A stretch of 64,000 nucleotides of DNA from a virus. Its lineage: Duplodnaviria; Caudoviricetes. Below the pieces are notes generated by a model that was not told where the DNA came from, ran no database searches, and worked only from the letters and a program-made list of their open reading frames with translations. Both the position numbers and the translations under genes were made by a program. Where the stretch lies: the IMG/VR virus record IMGVR_UViG_3300029288_000161, positions 6,937 to 70,936 of that record. One strand, 5' to 3'. Positions 36,643 through 45,973 of the stretch are shown here, one piece after another (the first letter of the stretch is position 1; every line of letters begins with the position of its first letter).

Positions 36643-38283
36643 TTATTTAAAAGGAAGGTTACGTGTTGGCACATAATAATTTTTTCTGCACCAATTCCAA
36701 TATGCCACGCAATCTGCAAGGTTCGGAGATTTACCTCCAAGCCTCTTTTTAATTTCTTCTTTGTCTTCAACTTTTATTCTCCCCCCCCGGATTGAATATT
36801 TGATTATCGTTAATTCTCTCGCGAGCCGTTTCAAAATAGTTTTGTCAATATTAAAAATAATTTCGCAATCCCGCAAGTCCATCGCCAGAACAAAATACAT
36901 CTGCGCACGTAGTGATGAGAACTGATACAGAGGTTTCCCTTCTTTGTCAAGTTTGATAGCATCATCCAATTGCCCTCCCTGAAGCCCGATTGCTTTAACC
37001 TGGTTGTCATGAAAGGTATTGATCGTTGATGCACCAACTCCAACGACATCAACTCCAATATTCCAAGGCTTAATGTTATAATCTGAAAGTTTGGGTAAAT
37101 TGAAAACCTGGTATCCCTTCTTTCGAAGCTGATAATCTTCCAATAAAACATTATAAGCCAAATGGGAGGCATTCGGACAATGAAATTCATATAATTCCTG
37201 CAGAATATTTGATTTACCCCAAGCCATCGCTGCTTTATCCCCATCTATTGAATTGGCAACATCGATACCGACGGCATTTTTACTGGTGATGCTCTCTAAT
37301 TCAGAAAGTTTCTTTTTTTCTCCCCAAAAAATATCATCGGAAACCGTACACTTCTTTATCCATTCCATTTTGATGAGTGAATCGCTCCCTTCTGTTGGGG
37401 CCTGGCCCCGAACCCTGGATTTATAGAAAAACGAATCTTCCCCAAACTCATCAGCCCTGATCTTTATGCTCTCCGGGGAAACTGCACCGGCTATTCCGGC
37501 ACGTGATACAATATTTGGATGATCATGGGCAGATACAATGATATGCTCGGTACTTTCATTTTCGCAAAATTGATGTAAAGCGTCCAACTGGCTGTCGGGG
37601 TTCCCAAGAGCCAGTATCGCATTTATTGCACCCTCTGATTTATCAGTGTTGGTATTTTTAATTGCATTGATAACTGACATTTCCAAACCGGCTGCCTCAT
37701 CTAATATGAAAAGCTGGTGTTTATTGTGGATACCCTGAAAAGCCACTGCCGAATCCTCCCCGGCACGTTTTCGCCCAACTTTACCCACCATGCGGTTTGA
37801 ATAAAGGATTTGATTTGAGTTATCATCGTAATGGATATTCTTGTTAATTCTCAAATCACCTGTTAAAAGAAGAGCAGTGGGCCTAATCCTTTTAAATATA
37901 TTATAAGCAATACCGATCTCCTTCCACAATACCTGAAGCAATTGTTCACGTGTGGGTGCGGTTGTGATAACTGCTGAAGCAGGAAATACATCGAGGAACC
38001 AATATGCGATCCTGGCAGCTATATAAGTTTTTCCCACTCCGGTAGCTGCTTCAATTCCGACATCACGTCCGTCCGATATTGCATTAAGAGCTTGGAGAAA
38101 TGGATCAGGAGTGGCATCCCATTCATGCTTTTCATATCCCGGAAATTTGGACCAAAGGAAAGTTTTCTCAGGCTCACCGAAACGCTCGATCATCCAACTA
38201 AGCGGATCAACTTGGTAAAGTTTTTGCCTCATTGCTTTGACCTTTTCAGCCAATGCCCGATCCTCAATTCCTTGTAATAACAT
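36643..38283 (-). CDS. terL: Terminase large subunit
   Basis: Walker A AATGVGKT, Walker B FILDEA, LGNP coupling motif, nuclease GIDVA...D and SPNLAD. Confidence 0.93.
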   Translation of the reverse strand: MLLQGIEDRALAEKVKAMRQKLYQVDPLSWMIERFGEPEKTFLWSKFPGYEKHEWDATPDPFLQALNAISDGRDVGIEAATGVGKTYIAARIAYWFLDVFPASAVITTAPTREQLLQVLWKEIGIAYNIFKRIRPTALLLTGDLRINKNIHYDDNSNQILYSNRMVGKVGRKRAGEDSAVAFQGIHNKHQLFILDEAAGLEMSVINAIKNTNTDKSEGAINAILALGNPDSQLDALHQFCENESTEHIIVSAHDHPNIVSRAGIAGAVSPESIKIRADEFGEDSFFYKSRVRGQAPTEGSDSLIKMEWIKKCTVSDDIFWGEKKKLSELESITSKNAVGIDVANSIDGDKAAMAWGKSNILQELYEFHCPNASHLAYNVLLEDYQLRKKGYQVFNLPKLSDYNIKPWNIGVDVVGVGASTINTFHDNQVKAIGLQGGQLDDAIKLDKEGKPLYQFSSLRAQMYFVLAMDLRDCEIIFNIDKTILKRLARELTIIKYSIRGGRIKVEDKEEIKKRLGGKSPNLADCVAYWNWCRKNYYVPTRNLPFK

Positions 38284-38663
38284 TAGAATATTTTTTGAGT
38301 ATATCTGAAACCCCTGAATCCCTTCATTGGATAATCTGCAGGAGCTTTAACCACTGGGCCGCAAAGTATAATCCATGCCCTTGCAAACATGGGAGCATTG
38401 CTATCGCTGAAAGTCATTTCACACGGCCCTTCGGTTCCGACAAAATTGGCCCGGTACCTGACACGATTTCCGATACACAAATAAACATAAAGAATTTCAT
38501 GCTTTGGTTTTGCCCCTTGTCTCATCCAATAAGTCCACCCTTCATTACCCATTGCATTCATAAAATTACGAAGCCAGTTCCGATATCCTTTTTCTTTAAG
38601 CATACCTGCCGAAATAGTAATAATGATCCCATCCGGGGGTTCAACTAAATTACTTTTGTTCAT
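38283..38663 (-). CDS. Hypothetical protein (PUA/ASCH-like possible)
   Basis: YVYLCIGNRVRYRA...YPMKGFRGFRY resembles the ends of PUA-like folds. Confidence 0.55.
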   Translation of the reverse strand: MNKSNLVEPPDGIIITISAGMLKEKGYRNWLRNFMNAMGNEGWTYWMRQGAKPKHEILYVYLCIGNRVRYRANFVGTEGPCEMTFSDSNAPMFARAWIILCGPVVKAPADYPMKGFRGFRYTQKIF

Positions 38664-38940
38664 TTTTTTTCTTTAATTCACCTTTTAACCTGGTTATTTC
38701 GGATTGAAGGGCTCTGTTTCTTTTTTCGACTCCCCTTAGATTGTTTTTTAATACCCGATTTAATTTTGCAAGATGTTGTGTATCGATGATCTCATCAATT
38801 TCACTTTTCAACATCCCGATTTCAATACGGAGTTCAGAAATGATTTTATCTTGGGATTTGATGTGCGCTTGAGCAAAAAGTAATTTATGAAAATCATCAT
38901 CAATCCGGAATGGTATTAATATTTCCCTGTCGTTTTCCAT
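38650..38940 (-). CDS. Coiled-coil hypothetical protein
   Basis: Heptad pattern; coupled ORF. Confidence 0.55.
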   Translation of the reverse strand: MENDREILIPFRIDDDFHKLLFAQAHIKSQDKIISELRIEIGMLKSEIDEIIDTQHLAKLNRVLKNNLRGVEKRNRALQSEITRLKGELKKKNEQK

Positions 38941-39166
38941 TATTGTCTTTTTTAATCCAATAATTATAAATGCCCTGACTCCATGAATAGATATAAAAGA
39001 GACTTAGGGCAAGTATGCCCCATTGCTCTTTTTCAACCGAAGTAATAATCCAAAATGGTTGTCCCAAAAGTCCAAGTATATATCCCACTCGTTTCCATTT
39101 TTCCTTTCGGGAAACAAACCAAATCGCTGAAGCTCCAAAAACGAATATTAATATTTGAAATATCAT
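38900..39166 (-). CDS. Three-TM membrane protein (PnuC-like half-transporter possible)
   Basis: Three hydrophobic helices; GYILGLLGQPFW and GIYNYW motifs. Confidence 0.65.
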   Translation of the reverse strand: MIFQILIFVFGASAIWFVSRKEKWKRVGYILGLLGQPFWIITSVEKEQWGILALSLFYIYSWSQGIYNYWIKKDNNGKRQGNINTIPD

Positions 39167-39675
39167 CGTTCTTTTATTGTTTTTCTAAATTCGAGCCACT
39201 CCTTATTGTTAAAATTAAAAAGTTTCCTTTTGCCTTTCTCATCATGATCAGACAAGGCATAAGCCACCAAATATATGCGGCCGCTATCGTAATCAAAGCC
39301 AGTGACAGTATAACGAAATTCCGAATCCATTAATCTTGATCCAGAATGTAATCGATGCCCTTCTTTGGTGATGTAAGGTTTCAGATTCGCATATTTCTCG
39401 AAGCTGTGAATGGCAGAATTATTTGAATATTTAACAGCAGTGGAATAAAACCATTCTCCCATTCCTTTGCCATTAGAATTTACATGAAACCAGTATCCAC
39501 CCCGCATATTTTTAGCAATTTCTTTGAAATCATCCTCGTAAAATTCGAGGTTCCCCTCAATTGCTAATTTAACAGTATTGTACATTACTTCATTAGTCCA
39601 TGAATGGGAATTCGTCCCCATGTTTTGCCACATAAATTCCACGAATTTATATGCCGGTGATTTTGTTGTTTCCAT
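39163..39675 (-). CDS. Hypothetical protein
   Basis: Coupled ORF; no motif recognised. Confidence 0.65.
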   Translation of the reverse strand: METTKSPAYKFVEFMWQNMGTNSHSWTNEVMYNTVKLAIEGNLEFYEDDFKEIAKNMRGGYWFHVNSNGKGMGEWFYSTAVKYSNNSAIHSFEKYANLKPYITKEGHRLHSGSRLMDSEFRYTVTGFDYDSGRIYLVAYALSDHDEKGKRKLFNFNNKEWLEFRKTIKER

Positions 39676-39678
39676 AAA

Positions 39679-40203
39679 TTATCTCTCTTTTGGTTTAATA
39701 AATTTAATACCTGTGATTTTATAAAAATCTTTTTCCGTTGGAACCGGTATAATTTCCCCCGTGTCTTTATTTATTAATTGCCCGCCATCGGACTTAAATC
39801 CTTTCTTATCGATTATCACCATCATATCATGGGAATAATCTGCAGACCCGGTACGGATCATAGCAATTAATCCAAAGTTATTTTTATCCGCCATAAACAA
39901 ATCGAGCTTTATGCCCTCCGGGAGGATACGTTGTGTATATTTTCCCGCCGGATTTCCTTTCACGGCTTCCAGACTGTTTATTATATCGCAGAATTCTTTT
40001 AAAGGACGCTCCGGTTCTTTAATTACTTCCTGAAACAAGTTTTTTGACTCAGGGCAGAATCGTTTGGGAATACAAACAATCTCTATGTCTTTAACCCAGG
40101 CTTTTTCTCTCCGGATAGAGCCTGCAATCATGATTTTATCGCAGTATGGACGGAGTTTGTCGACATACCTTTGTGCGATGGTTTTTGCTTTAATCAGTTC
40201 CAT
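39679..40203 (-). CDS. Minimal X-family DNA polymerase (palm and thumb only, 174 aa)
   Basis: AGSIRREK..KDIEIV, KLDLF, RTGSADY and C-terminal TEKDFY motifs; no lyase, fingers or PHP domain. Confidence 0.85.
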   Translation of the reverse strand: MELIKAKTIAQRYVDKLRPYCDKIMIAGSIRREKAWVKDIEIVCIPKRFCPESKNLFQEVIKEPERPLKEFCDIINSLEAVKGNPAGKYTQRILPEGIKLDLFMADKNNFGLIAMIRTGSADYSHDMMVIIDKKGFKSDGGQLINKDTGEIIPVPTEKDFYKITGIKFIKPKER

Positions 40204-40207
40204 AATT

Positions 40208-40654
40208 TTATTTTAGATATGACATTAATTTTGGATTGCCTTTCAATAAGGTATCGAATATCACCAATGCAACCGGGAAAGGTGCAACATCTTTTTTATT
40301 ACCAAATTTGAGCCTTCCCTGGATTATACGGACCTCAGCTGCATTATTTAATATTTCATGATGCCAGTACCAACTATCCGTCCGAAGGGGAATCAGGAAA
40401 ACGGCTTTCCTGCAGTTACCGGCTTTTATTTCTTCAATTGCTTTTTTAAGCCAATCTCCCACATGGGAATAGGGAGGATTACAAAATATGATCCCTCTCC
40501 AGGGAATTTGTAAACCATCAAATTCAGTACATTTTAACGGGCAAGGATCGAAGGTAAAATGAAACTCATTATCTATCTTTTTATAAAATGATTCCGGGGT
40601 TGAATAGTGATCGCTGTCCCGTACCTTTCTTAAAACTTCGTTATATCTCAGCAT
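40208..40654 (-). CDS. Phage N6-adenine DNA methyltransferase (small Dam-type)
   Basis: DHYSTP...FTFDPCP...DGLQIPW..IFCNPPYS...VFLIPLRTDS. Confidence 0.9.
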   Translation of the reverse strand: MLRYNEVLRKVRDSDHYSTPESFYKKIDNEFHFTFDPCPLKCTEFDGLQIPWRGIIFCNPPYSHVGDWLKKAIEEIKAGNCRKAVFLIPLRTDSWYWHHEILNNAAEVRIIQGRLKFGNKKDVAPFPVALVIFDTLLKGNPKLMSYLK

Positions 40655-41010
40655 TATTCTATTAATTTAAAATTTTCATCAATATTCTCGTAAGTCAACC
40701 CATGATCCTTTAGCATAGCTTCTATTCTTGAAATACCTCCTCTGCCAATTTTAACGGTTTTCTTTTTTACAAATATAACATCCGGTTCATGATTGTTAAT
40801 AAAGTGTTCATTACCGAAATAATCCACCGGTAAAGTTCTTACAAACTCTCTCAATTCATTCAAGCCGGTTAGTAATTCTGCATAATCCCTTTTGTCTATT
40901 GGAAGGTTAAAAAGAAGTTCATTCCCAAGTTTAATTTTAAGGACAATTATAAACCTGAGTAATTCCTGCCGTTCTTTGTATGCTTTATGTTTCATAGTAA
41001 TCCTCCCCAC
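40654..41010 (-). CDS. Hypothetical protein
   Basis: Coupled ORF; no motif recognised. Confidence 0.6.
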   Translation of the reverse strand: MGRITMKHKAYKERQELLRFIIVLKIKLGNELLFNLPIDKRDYAELLTGLNELREFVRTLPVDYFGNEHFINNHEPDVIFVKKKTVKIGRGGISRIEAMLKDHGLTYENIDENFKLIE

Positions 41011-41636
41011 TGTTTAGCCATTGCTGCAGCAATTCCCGGATACGTCCTTGAGCGATCTTTCCATCTATCATCACCGGACCCAATATTATTATGTCCGGTA
41101 GGTGTCTGGTTGGCCCACCTGCCATTTGTTTGCAGTATTATTTCTGGTTTCAGTTTCGGCAGATTTTTAAGCCACAGGCATGTTCTTTTGCTTTCAGGGT
41201 GTCCGAACCAATGGGGTTGTATTTGCTGATCCGGTTTCCGGTAAAGTGATGAAAGCATACCCACAGGATTCTCCATTGCAATCATATCAATGGGGGATTC
41301 CATTAACTTAATTGCAAATCTGGCAGCTTCTTTTTGTTTGGTGGCCCTGTCTGGATAATTCGGATGTGGGCGACGCAATTTAAGAGGAAGATGTTTATCC
41401 TCCGGATGATAATACCATCCCTGTTGAGAACCGGCAAGGTAAGTGCATGGAGGGTGAAAAATTGCCAATCTCCACCCATATTTTATAACATTAAGAATAT
41501 CATCCTGAATATGCCATTCCGGATTGCCTTCAGTGGGAAGTAAATCGCATGAATAAGCCTCATAACCCCAATCCCGGAAGGCTTGAGTTATCACCTGTGA
41601 AAATTCACATCCTAATAATATCCTTTTTAATTCCAT
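40992..41636 (-). CDS. Short C5-cytosine DNA methyltransferase-like protein
   Basis: ILLGCEFSQ (motif I variant), FHPPCTYL (catalytic PC), MENPVG (motif VI), RSRTYPGIA. Confidence 0.85.
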   Translation of the reverse strand: MELKRILLGCEFSQVITQAFRDWGYEAYSCDLLPTEGNPEWHIQDDILNVIKYGWRLAIFHPPCTYLAGSQQGWYYHPEDKHLPLKLRRPHPNYPDRATKQKEAARFAIKLMESPIDMIAMENPVGMLSSLYRKPDQQIQPHWFGHPESKRTCLWLKNLPKLKPEIILQTNGRWANQTPTGHNNIGSGDDRWKDRSRTYPGIAAAMAKQWGGLL

Positions 41637-41911
41637 ATTCTAAGCTCTGCCATTGAAATAAATTTATTCCCCCGGTAAACCCTGAATGTTGCAATATTGT
41701 CAACAAAAAAAGGTTTATCCGTAAAACTTGAGGTTTGATCCTGATTCTTTTTTAGAAATTTAATTGTTATGTCCCGAAAATCAAAGGTTTTTCTCAGGGC
41801 ATCCCTCATGTCCTGAAACTGGTAACTTTTGCAATCAATTTCTTCCAGTACTCCCGGTACCACGATTGTAAATGTCTCTTTATTCATGTTCCTGCTTTCG
41901 TTTTTTAGCAT
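41627..41911 (-). CDS. Hypothetical protein (start probably MNKETF)
   Basis: Closed ORF in the operon. Confidence 0.5.
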   Translation of the reverse strand: MLKNESRNMNKETFTIVVPGVLEEIDCKSYQFQDMRDALRKTFDFRDITIKFLKKNQDQTSSFTDKPFFVDNIATFRVYRGNKFISMAELRIWN

Positions 41912-42875
41912 TATCGAGCCTTATTTGAATATTGTTTGCAAATTCAGCCAATTCCTCACGGGTGAAACCTTCGAGTTCATCATTAACCAAGAGATTAGGA
42001 ATTGCACTTTCTTTTATCTCCCGGATTAAAGTGGATATTTCTGTAAAACTAAATTGTTGCTTTTGAATATTTCTTTTACTTTCAATCCAAACACCCTCCG
42101 GGTTCCCGTGCGTATATAATTTTGAGTATTCGCTATTTTCAATGAGCCGATGCCCTTGTTTAAAGAGCATTCCGATATAATCTTGAGCATCTGTTATGTT
42201 TCTGCTGGTAACAAGAAAGGAACGGACAATTAACGACTCGAGATAATGTTTACGGATGATCTGATCCGAGTGGACCCAAACCCCAAAATCGAGATATTTA
42301 ACTCCGATCCTTTCACATGCCTCCATGATGCTCATGTAACCGGTTGCAAATAATTTTAAAACTTTCAAAGCAACCGTCTCCCGTTCATGCCTCGTCCTTG
42401 GGTCAATGAGGGCCGGCCTTGATATTTCATTCTCCCGGAGCCTCATTACTTCATCAACATCAATAACAGGTTCTGTTTTTTGCTCAACCTCTTTAATGTA
42501 TTTCCCTGTAACCTGAAAATTAAAACGAATTCTTCCCGTGCCTTTCTCAATTACTGAAACTAAAAATGGCTCCTTGAGTGCCTTGGAAATTTCATTCACA
42601 TCAGAAGCCAGTTTCTTACCAACGGTGTCCTGGTTAATTTCAAAATGATTATAGTATGCCGTATAGAAGGTATTCCTGGAACATCCATCCGCAATCTCAA
42701 GTATAATCTTCACCCGGTTATCAAGGTTTATTTTATCCGGCATGTTACCAAAAATGATCTGCAGTAACTTGGTGCGGTGAACCTTGTTTTTCGGGAGCTT
42801 TATTATAAGATTATGTTGCTTTAGATATTCATGGTTGAGAGCTTGTTTTAAATCTATTTTTAGTGGTGAATCCAA
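41880..42875 (-). CDS. Two-domain DNA-binding protein, terminase-small-subunit-like C-terminal half
   Basis: MSIMEACERIGVKYLDFGVW helix-turn-helix followed by a helical region. Confidence 0.5.
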   Translation of the reverse strand: MDSPLKIDLKQALNHEYLKQHNLIIKLPKNKVHRTKLLQIIFGNMPDKINLDNRVKIILEIADGCSRNTFYTAYYNHFEINQDTVGKKLASDVNEISKALKEPFLVSVIEKGTGRIRFNFQVTGKYIKEVEQKTEPVIDVDEVMRLRENEISRPALIDPRTRHERETVALKVLKLFATGYMSIMEACERIGVKYLDFGVWVHSDQIIRKHYLESLIVRSFLVTSRNITDAQDYIGMLFKQGHRLIENSEYSKLYTHGNPEGVWIESKRNIQKQQFSFTEISTLIREIKESAIPNLLVNDELEGFTREELAEFANNIQIRLDNAKKRKQEHE

Positions 42876-42910
42876 CTTGTTTATTTTTTCTCCATAAATG
42901 TATCAAATAT

Positions 42911-43017
42911 TTTTGGAAAACCTATATGTCATAATGACTGATATTATCTCAATATCCCGTCAAATCTGAAAAATAATTTTTGGAAAACTCTACTTTTTTG
43001 GAAAACTTTTGGAAAAC
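42911..43017. repeat. Four direct repeats of TTTTGGAAAAC
   Basis: Copies at 42911, 42978, 42996 and 43007 in a 145-bp intergenic gap. Confidence 0.85.
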
Positions 43018-43020
43018 TTT

Positions 43021-43239
43021 TCACCTTTCCTGATAAAAAATAAGGCAAGAATGATATACTCCTTGAGTTCCCGAACTTGTAATATTTGTTCCCACTATTC
43101 TCGGTGCGATAGAATAGTGAGTTGATATAATAACCACATCCGTTTCCAAGAAATTATTTAACCTTTCGTCGAACTCCTCCGTGCTTTTCCCGAAGATTGT
43201 TTTCGATTTGACTTTATTCTCCTTTGCCATAGCTTTCAT
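43021..43239 (-). CDS. Hypothetical protein
   Basis: Closed ORF in the operon. Confidence 0.6.
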   Translation of the reverse strand: MKAMAKENKVKSKTIFGKSTEEFDERLNNFLETDVVIISTHYSIAPRIVGTNITSSGTQGVYHSCLIFYQER

Positions 43240-43900
43240 CTTTTAGGTCCTTTTCAATTTCTTTAGAAAGCCTTTCCATGAATGGAAGTTCGTCCAGTCT
43301 GGCTTTAAGTTTGTCCACCTCATCTTTGATCCAGTCAACGGGTTTATGGAACCTGCTATAATCGTTAAACCTTTCGATAAATTTAATCTCTGCTTTATCC
43401 GGGGGCATTGCCTGAAGTTTATCAGTCCTGAATACAAAATTGAATTCATGTTCCAGGACATAATCATCTGCGTCTGCTATTTTTCTGTCAGTTGGAAATG
43501 GTAATTTAAACTTTTCAGCAATAATGAGAGTAAGTGAATCCTCAAGCACTAATAATTGAGGGAATCGCATTTTAACCGGGCGGGGAATATCGAAAAGGTA
43601 AGCCTCCGATGCATCATGAAGGAGAGCCGTTAATTTCAACTCTTCCGGCACGAATGCGGCCACATGGATACTATGCTCGGCAATACTATAAAAATCTTTC
43701 GTCCATCCGTTCCATCGACACTTTCTTGCCAATGCATGAGCGATGTCCTCAATGCAGATATCATCTGGTACCATATTGAAGAAATCAATAAATTTACCTG
43801 AAGGCAGTAAATATTTACCTTCCCTGTTGTTAATGAATTGCTGAAAATCTTTTACTGATTGCATGGCTTTTGTTGTTAAGTTTATAATAGATACTTTCAA
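43214..43900 (-). CDS. HD-domain phosphohydrolase (YfbR/YfdR-like)
   Basis: EDIAHALARKCRWNG...YSIAEHS...ALLHDASEAY...IADAD. Confidence 0.88.
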   Translation of the reverse strand: MKVSIINLTTKAMQSVKDFQQFINNREGKYLLPSGKFIDFFNMVPDDICIEDIAHALARKCRWNGWTKDFYSIAEHSIHVAAFVPEELKLTALLHDASEAYLFDIPRPVKMRFPQLLVLEDSLTLIIAEKFKLPFPTDRKIADADDYVLEHEFNFVFRTDKLQAMPPDKAEIKFIERFNDYSRFHKPVDWIKDEVDKLKARLDELPFMERLSKEIEKDLKDESYGKGE

Positions 43901-44408
43901 TTAAAACGCTCTCCAAATCCGGGATTAAAATGTCATTGAAAAAGGTTAATCCCAATATAATATCCATTGTTCCAAAATCAGGACGGCTCCTGTGAGTGTT
44001 GATCATTTCCATTGTGGATGTTATCATATCTTCTAAGTTGTGAAAACATTTAAACATTTCCCGGCTTAACTGATTAAAACCATCATTTATTGATCCTGAA
44101 AGTGGATTGAATGTTGTTATTTCCTTTGGTGAATTTACATCCATTAGTATTTCATGCTCCATTAACAGAAATAACACTTCAGCGATCCTTCCGTTCAGTT
44201 TATGCTCTATATGCTCATAAAACCAAGGGCATCGATCAAATTGATGATATTTTTCAATCTTCATGATATAAATGTTCCACTGGTTAATCCTTATATCAAT
44301 ATTTATGAAATTAAATAATAATTCAAATATCTGAATTCTCGTTGTTTCGGGTTTCTTGTTTCTATCGATTAATGGTTCAACAATCTCCCGAAAATCATCC
44401 CAATTCAT
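43830..44408 (-). CDS. Hypothetical protein
   Basis: Closed ORF in the operon. Confidence 0.6.
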   Translation of the reverse strand: MNWDDFREIVEPLIDRNKKPETTRIQIFELLFNFINIDIRINQWNIYIMKIEKYHQFDRCPWFYEHIEHKLNGRIAEVLFLLMEHEILMDVNSPKEITTFNPLSGSINDGFNQLSREMFKCFHNLEDMITSTMEMINTHRSRPDFGTMDIILGLTFFNDILIPDLESVLIESIYYKLNNKSHAISKRFSAIH

Positions 44409-44423
44409 AGTGGCAATACTTTA

Positions 44424-44636
44424 TTAATCTTGGTTTACGATAATTGGTTCATCAATATTCTGCAGCGGTACCTGTTCAATAATTTCCCCGGTATTTAATT
44501 GCACTTTGAATGCTTCCCGAATAACATCCCGGATATTTACTTCCGACGGTCCTAAAATTGTGGCATTTATCCAAACGGAGTGCCCTGCTGATTTGTGGTA
44601 AACATAAACGCTTACTTTTTGTCCTCTTTTGTACAT
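44424..44636 (-). CDS. Small SH3/KOW-like protein
   Basis: YKRGQKVSV...WINATIL beta pattern. Confidence 0.55.
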   Translation of the reverse strand: MYKRGQKVSVYVYHKSAGHSVWINATILGPSEVNIRDVIREAFKVQLNTGEIIEQVPLQNIDEPIIVNQD

Positions 44637-44986
44637 GATGCTTTGCTCCTCTCTTGTTTTTTCTTTAGTGTTAATTCAATATTGCGCCTGATTAGCTTCT
44701 CCAGTTCTTTCATTGCATGTTTTTTGGCATTTTTCAAGTTCAATGCCTGAAAATAAATGCAATTGTTATGATAACTGGCTTCATGGGTTTTAACCGGTTT
44801 CCCGTTTAAACCTACGGCGATTTTTTCACGAATAACGACTTTGGAATATTCCATCAGTGTTAAATCAAGTTTGAAAAGGCTCATCCCTTTCTTCAGGGGA
44901 ATGGAACCAATAAACTTGTATTCCTGTTGGCTAATAATTTCCTGTTCTTGCTGAACTCGTGGTTTAAGATCATCAAAATAAGACAT
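44612..44986 (-). CDS. Hypothetical protein
   Basis: Closed ORF in the operon. Confidence 0.6.
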   Translation of the reverse strand: MSYFDDLKPRVQQEQEIISQQEYKFIGSIPLKKGMSLFKLDLTLMEYSKVVIREKIAVGLNGKPVKTHEASYHNNCIYFQALNLKNAKKHAMKELEKLIRRNIELTLKKKQERSKASCTKEDKK

Positions 44987-44987
44987 A

Positions 44988-45548
44988 CTATTCCTTTTTA
45001 AAATCGTTATTAAAATCTTCGTTAAAATCCCCCTTTTTCTGGATTAAGAAGTTCTGGTAATTTAATGATTTTTCATAACGATTATGCCTTCTTTTTACTT
45101 TCCGGGCATAAAAATTACTTATCAACGTTTGTCCCCATTTGAATGATATCCATTGGGGAAGCCATGAACCACGAATTTCATATTCGAGGGCTTGATTTAA
45201 TGATAATCTTTTGTCTTTATCCGAATGGATAAGATGATAACCGGATATCATTTCGCTGGAGGTATTGAATAATTGTTTTCCCCAATCCCGGAGGATTTCT
45301 TCACCGAGGGATTTTTCACTTATAAATTCACCAATATGTTTATGCGAAGCCATTATGGTATGGAACCAGTGATAACTTCCTTTTTCCGAATTGGTGGAAC
45401 TTCCATTCAGGTTTTGCCAGAACCTACATTTACAATATTCACCTTCATTAAGATCATGTTTCAGTTTGCAGTCATCGATGTAGGTATCGAATCCATTTGT
45501 AATGAAATGATCACAGGTACTACAAGTTTTGAGTAAAATCTTATTCAT
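44988..45548 (-). CDS. Hypothetical protein with N-terminal Cys cluster and C-terminal DFNEDFNNDF
   Basis: CSTCDH...C...CKC and terminal GDFNEDFNNDFKKE. Confidence 0.6.
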   Translation of the reverse strand: MNKILLKTCSTCDHFITNGFDTYIDDCKLKHDLNEGEYCKCRFWQNLNGSSTNSEKGSYHWFHTIMASHKHIGEFISEKSLGEEILRDWGKQLFNTSSEMISGYHLIHSDKDKRLSLNQALEYEIRGSWLPQWISFKWGQTLISNFYARKVKRRHNRYEKSLNYQNFLIQKKGDFNEDFNNDFKKE

Positions 45549-45732
45549 GGGTTTGATGTTTTTTTCGTTCGATTTCTTCTTTGGCCCTTTCGACGTTTTG
45601 CATAAAAGGAGAATCCTCCGCCGGGAGTTTCATTCCTAATTCATAGTATTGATCCAATATAAAAAGCTCCTCATGGCAATTCGTGCATCGCCCGTTGTAA
45701 ACTTTACATCCGCAATTTTCACAGGTTGCCAT
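45541..45732 (-). CDS. Small Zn-ribbon protein
   Basis: CENCG...CTNCH. Confidence 0.65.
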   Translation of the reverse strand: MATCENCGCKVYNGRCTNCHEELFILDQYYELGMKLPAEDSPFMQNVERAKEEIERKKHQTHE

Positions 45733-45733
45733 G

Positions 45734-45973
45734 TTATTTTATTGAATTATTAATCCTTAGTATCGATCTTGGATTTACATTAGCGATATATGTTTTCCTG
45801 TTATCAAAAGGAACGTCCATATAGCCATAAACCCTGATTTTGATTTTATCGCTAATTCTCAGGATTTCGGCATTAAATGAACCCCGTATTTTATTGCGCT
45901 TATAATCTACTTTTTGCCCCACCAGAAGTTCATTCTTTTCCATATCGGTTGTCTTTTTGGTTTTAAAAAACAT
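45734..45973 (-). CDS. Small SH3-like hypothetical protein (start uncertain)
   Basis: LLVGQKVDY...AEILRI pattern. Confidence 0.5.
   Translation of the reverse strand: MFFKTKKTTDMEKNELLVGQKVDYKRNKIRGSFNAEILRISDKIKIRVYGYMDVPFDNRKTYIANVNPRSILRINNSIK

Noticed and set aside
43214-43900. Z-genome (DatZ) or deazaguanine modification system
   Set aside because: No purZ, mazZ, queC/D/E, folE or dpdA-like gene in the window; the HD gene alone is insufficient.
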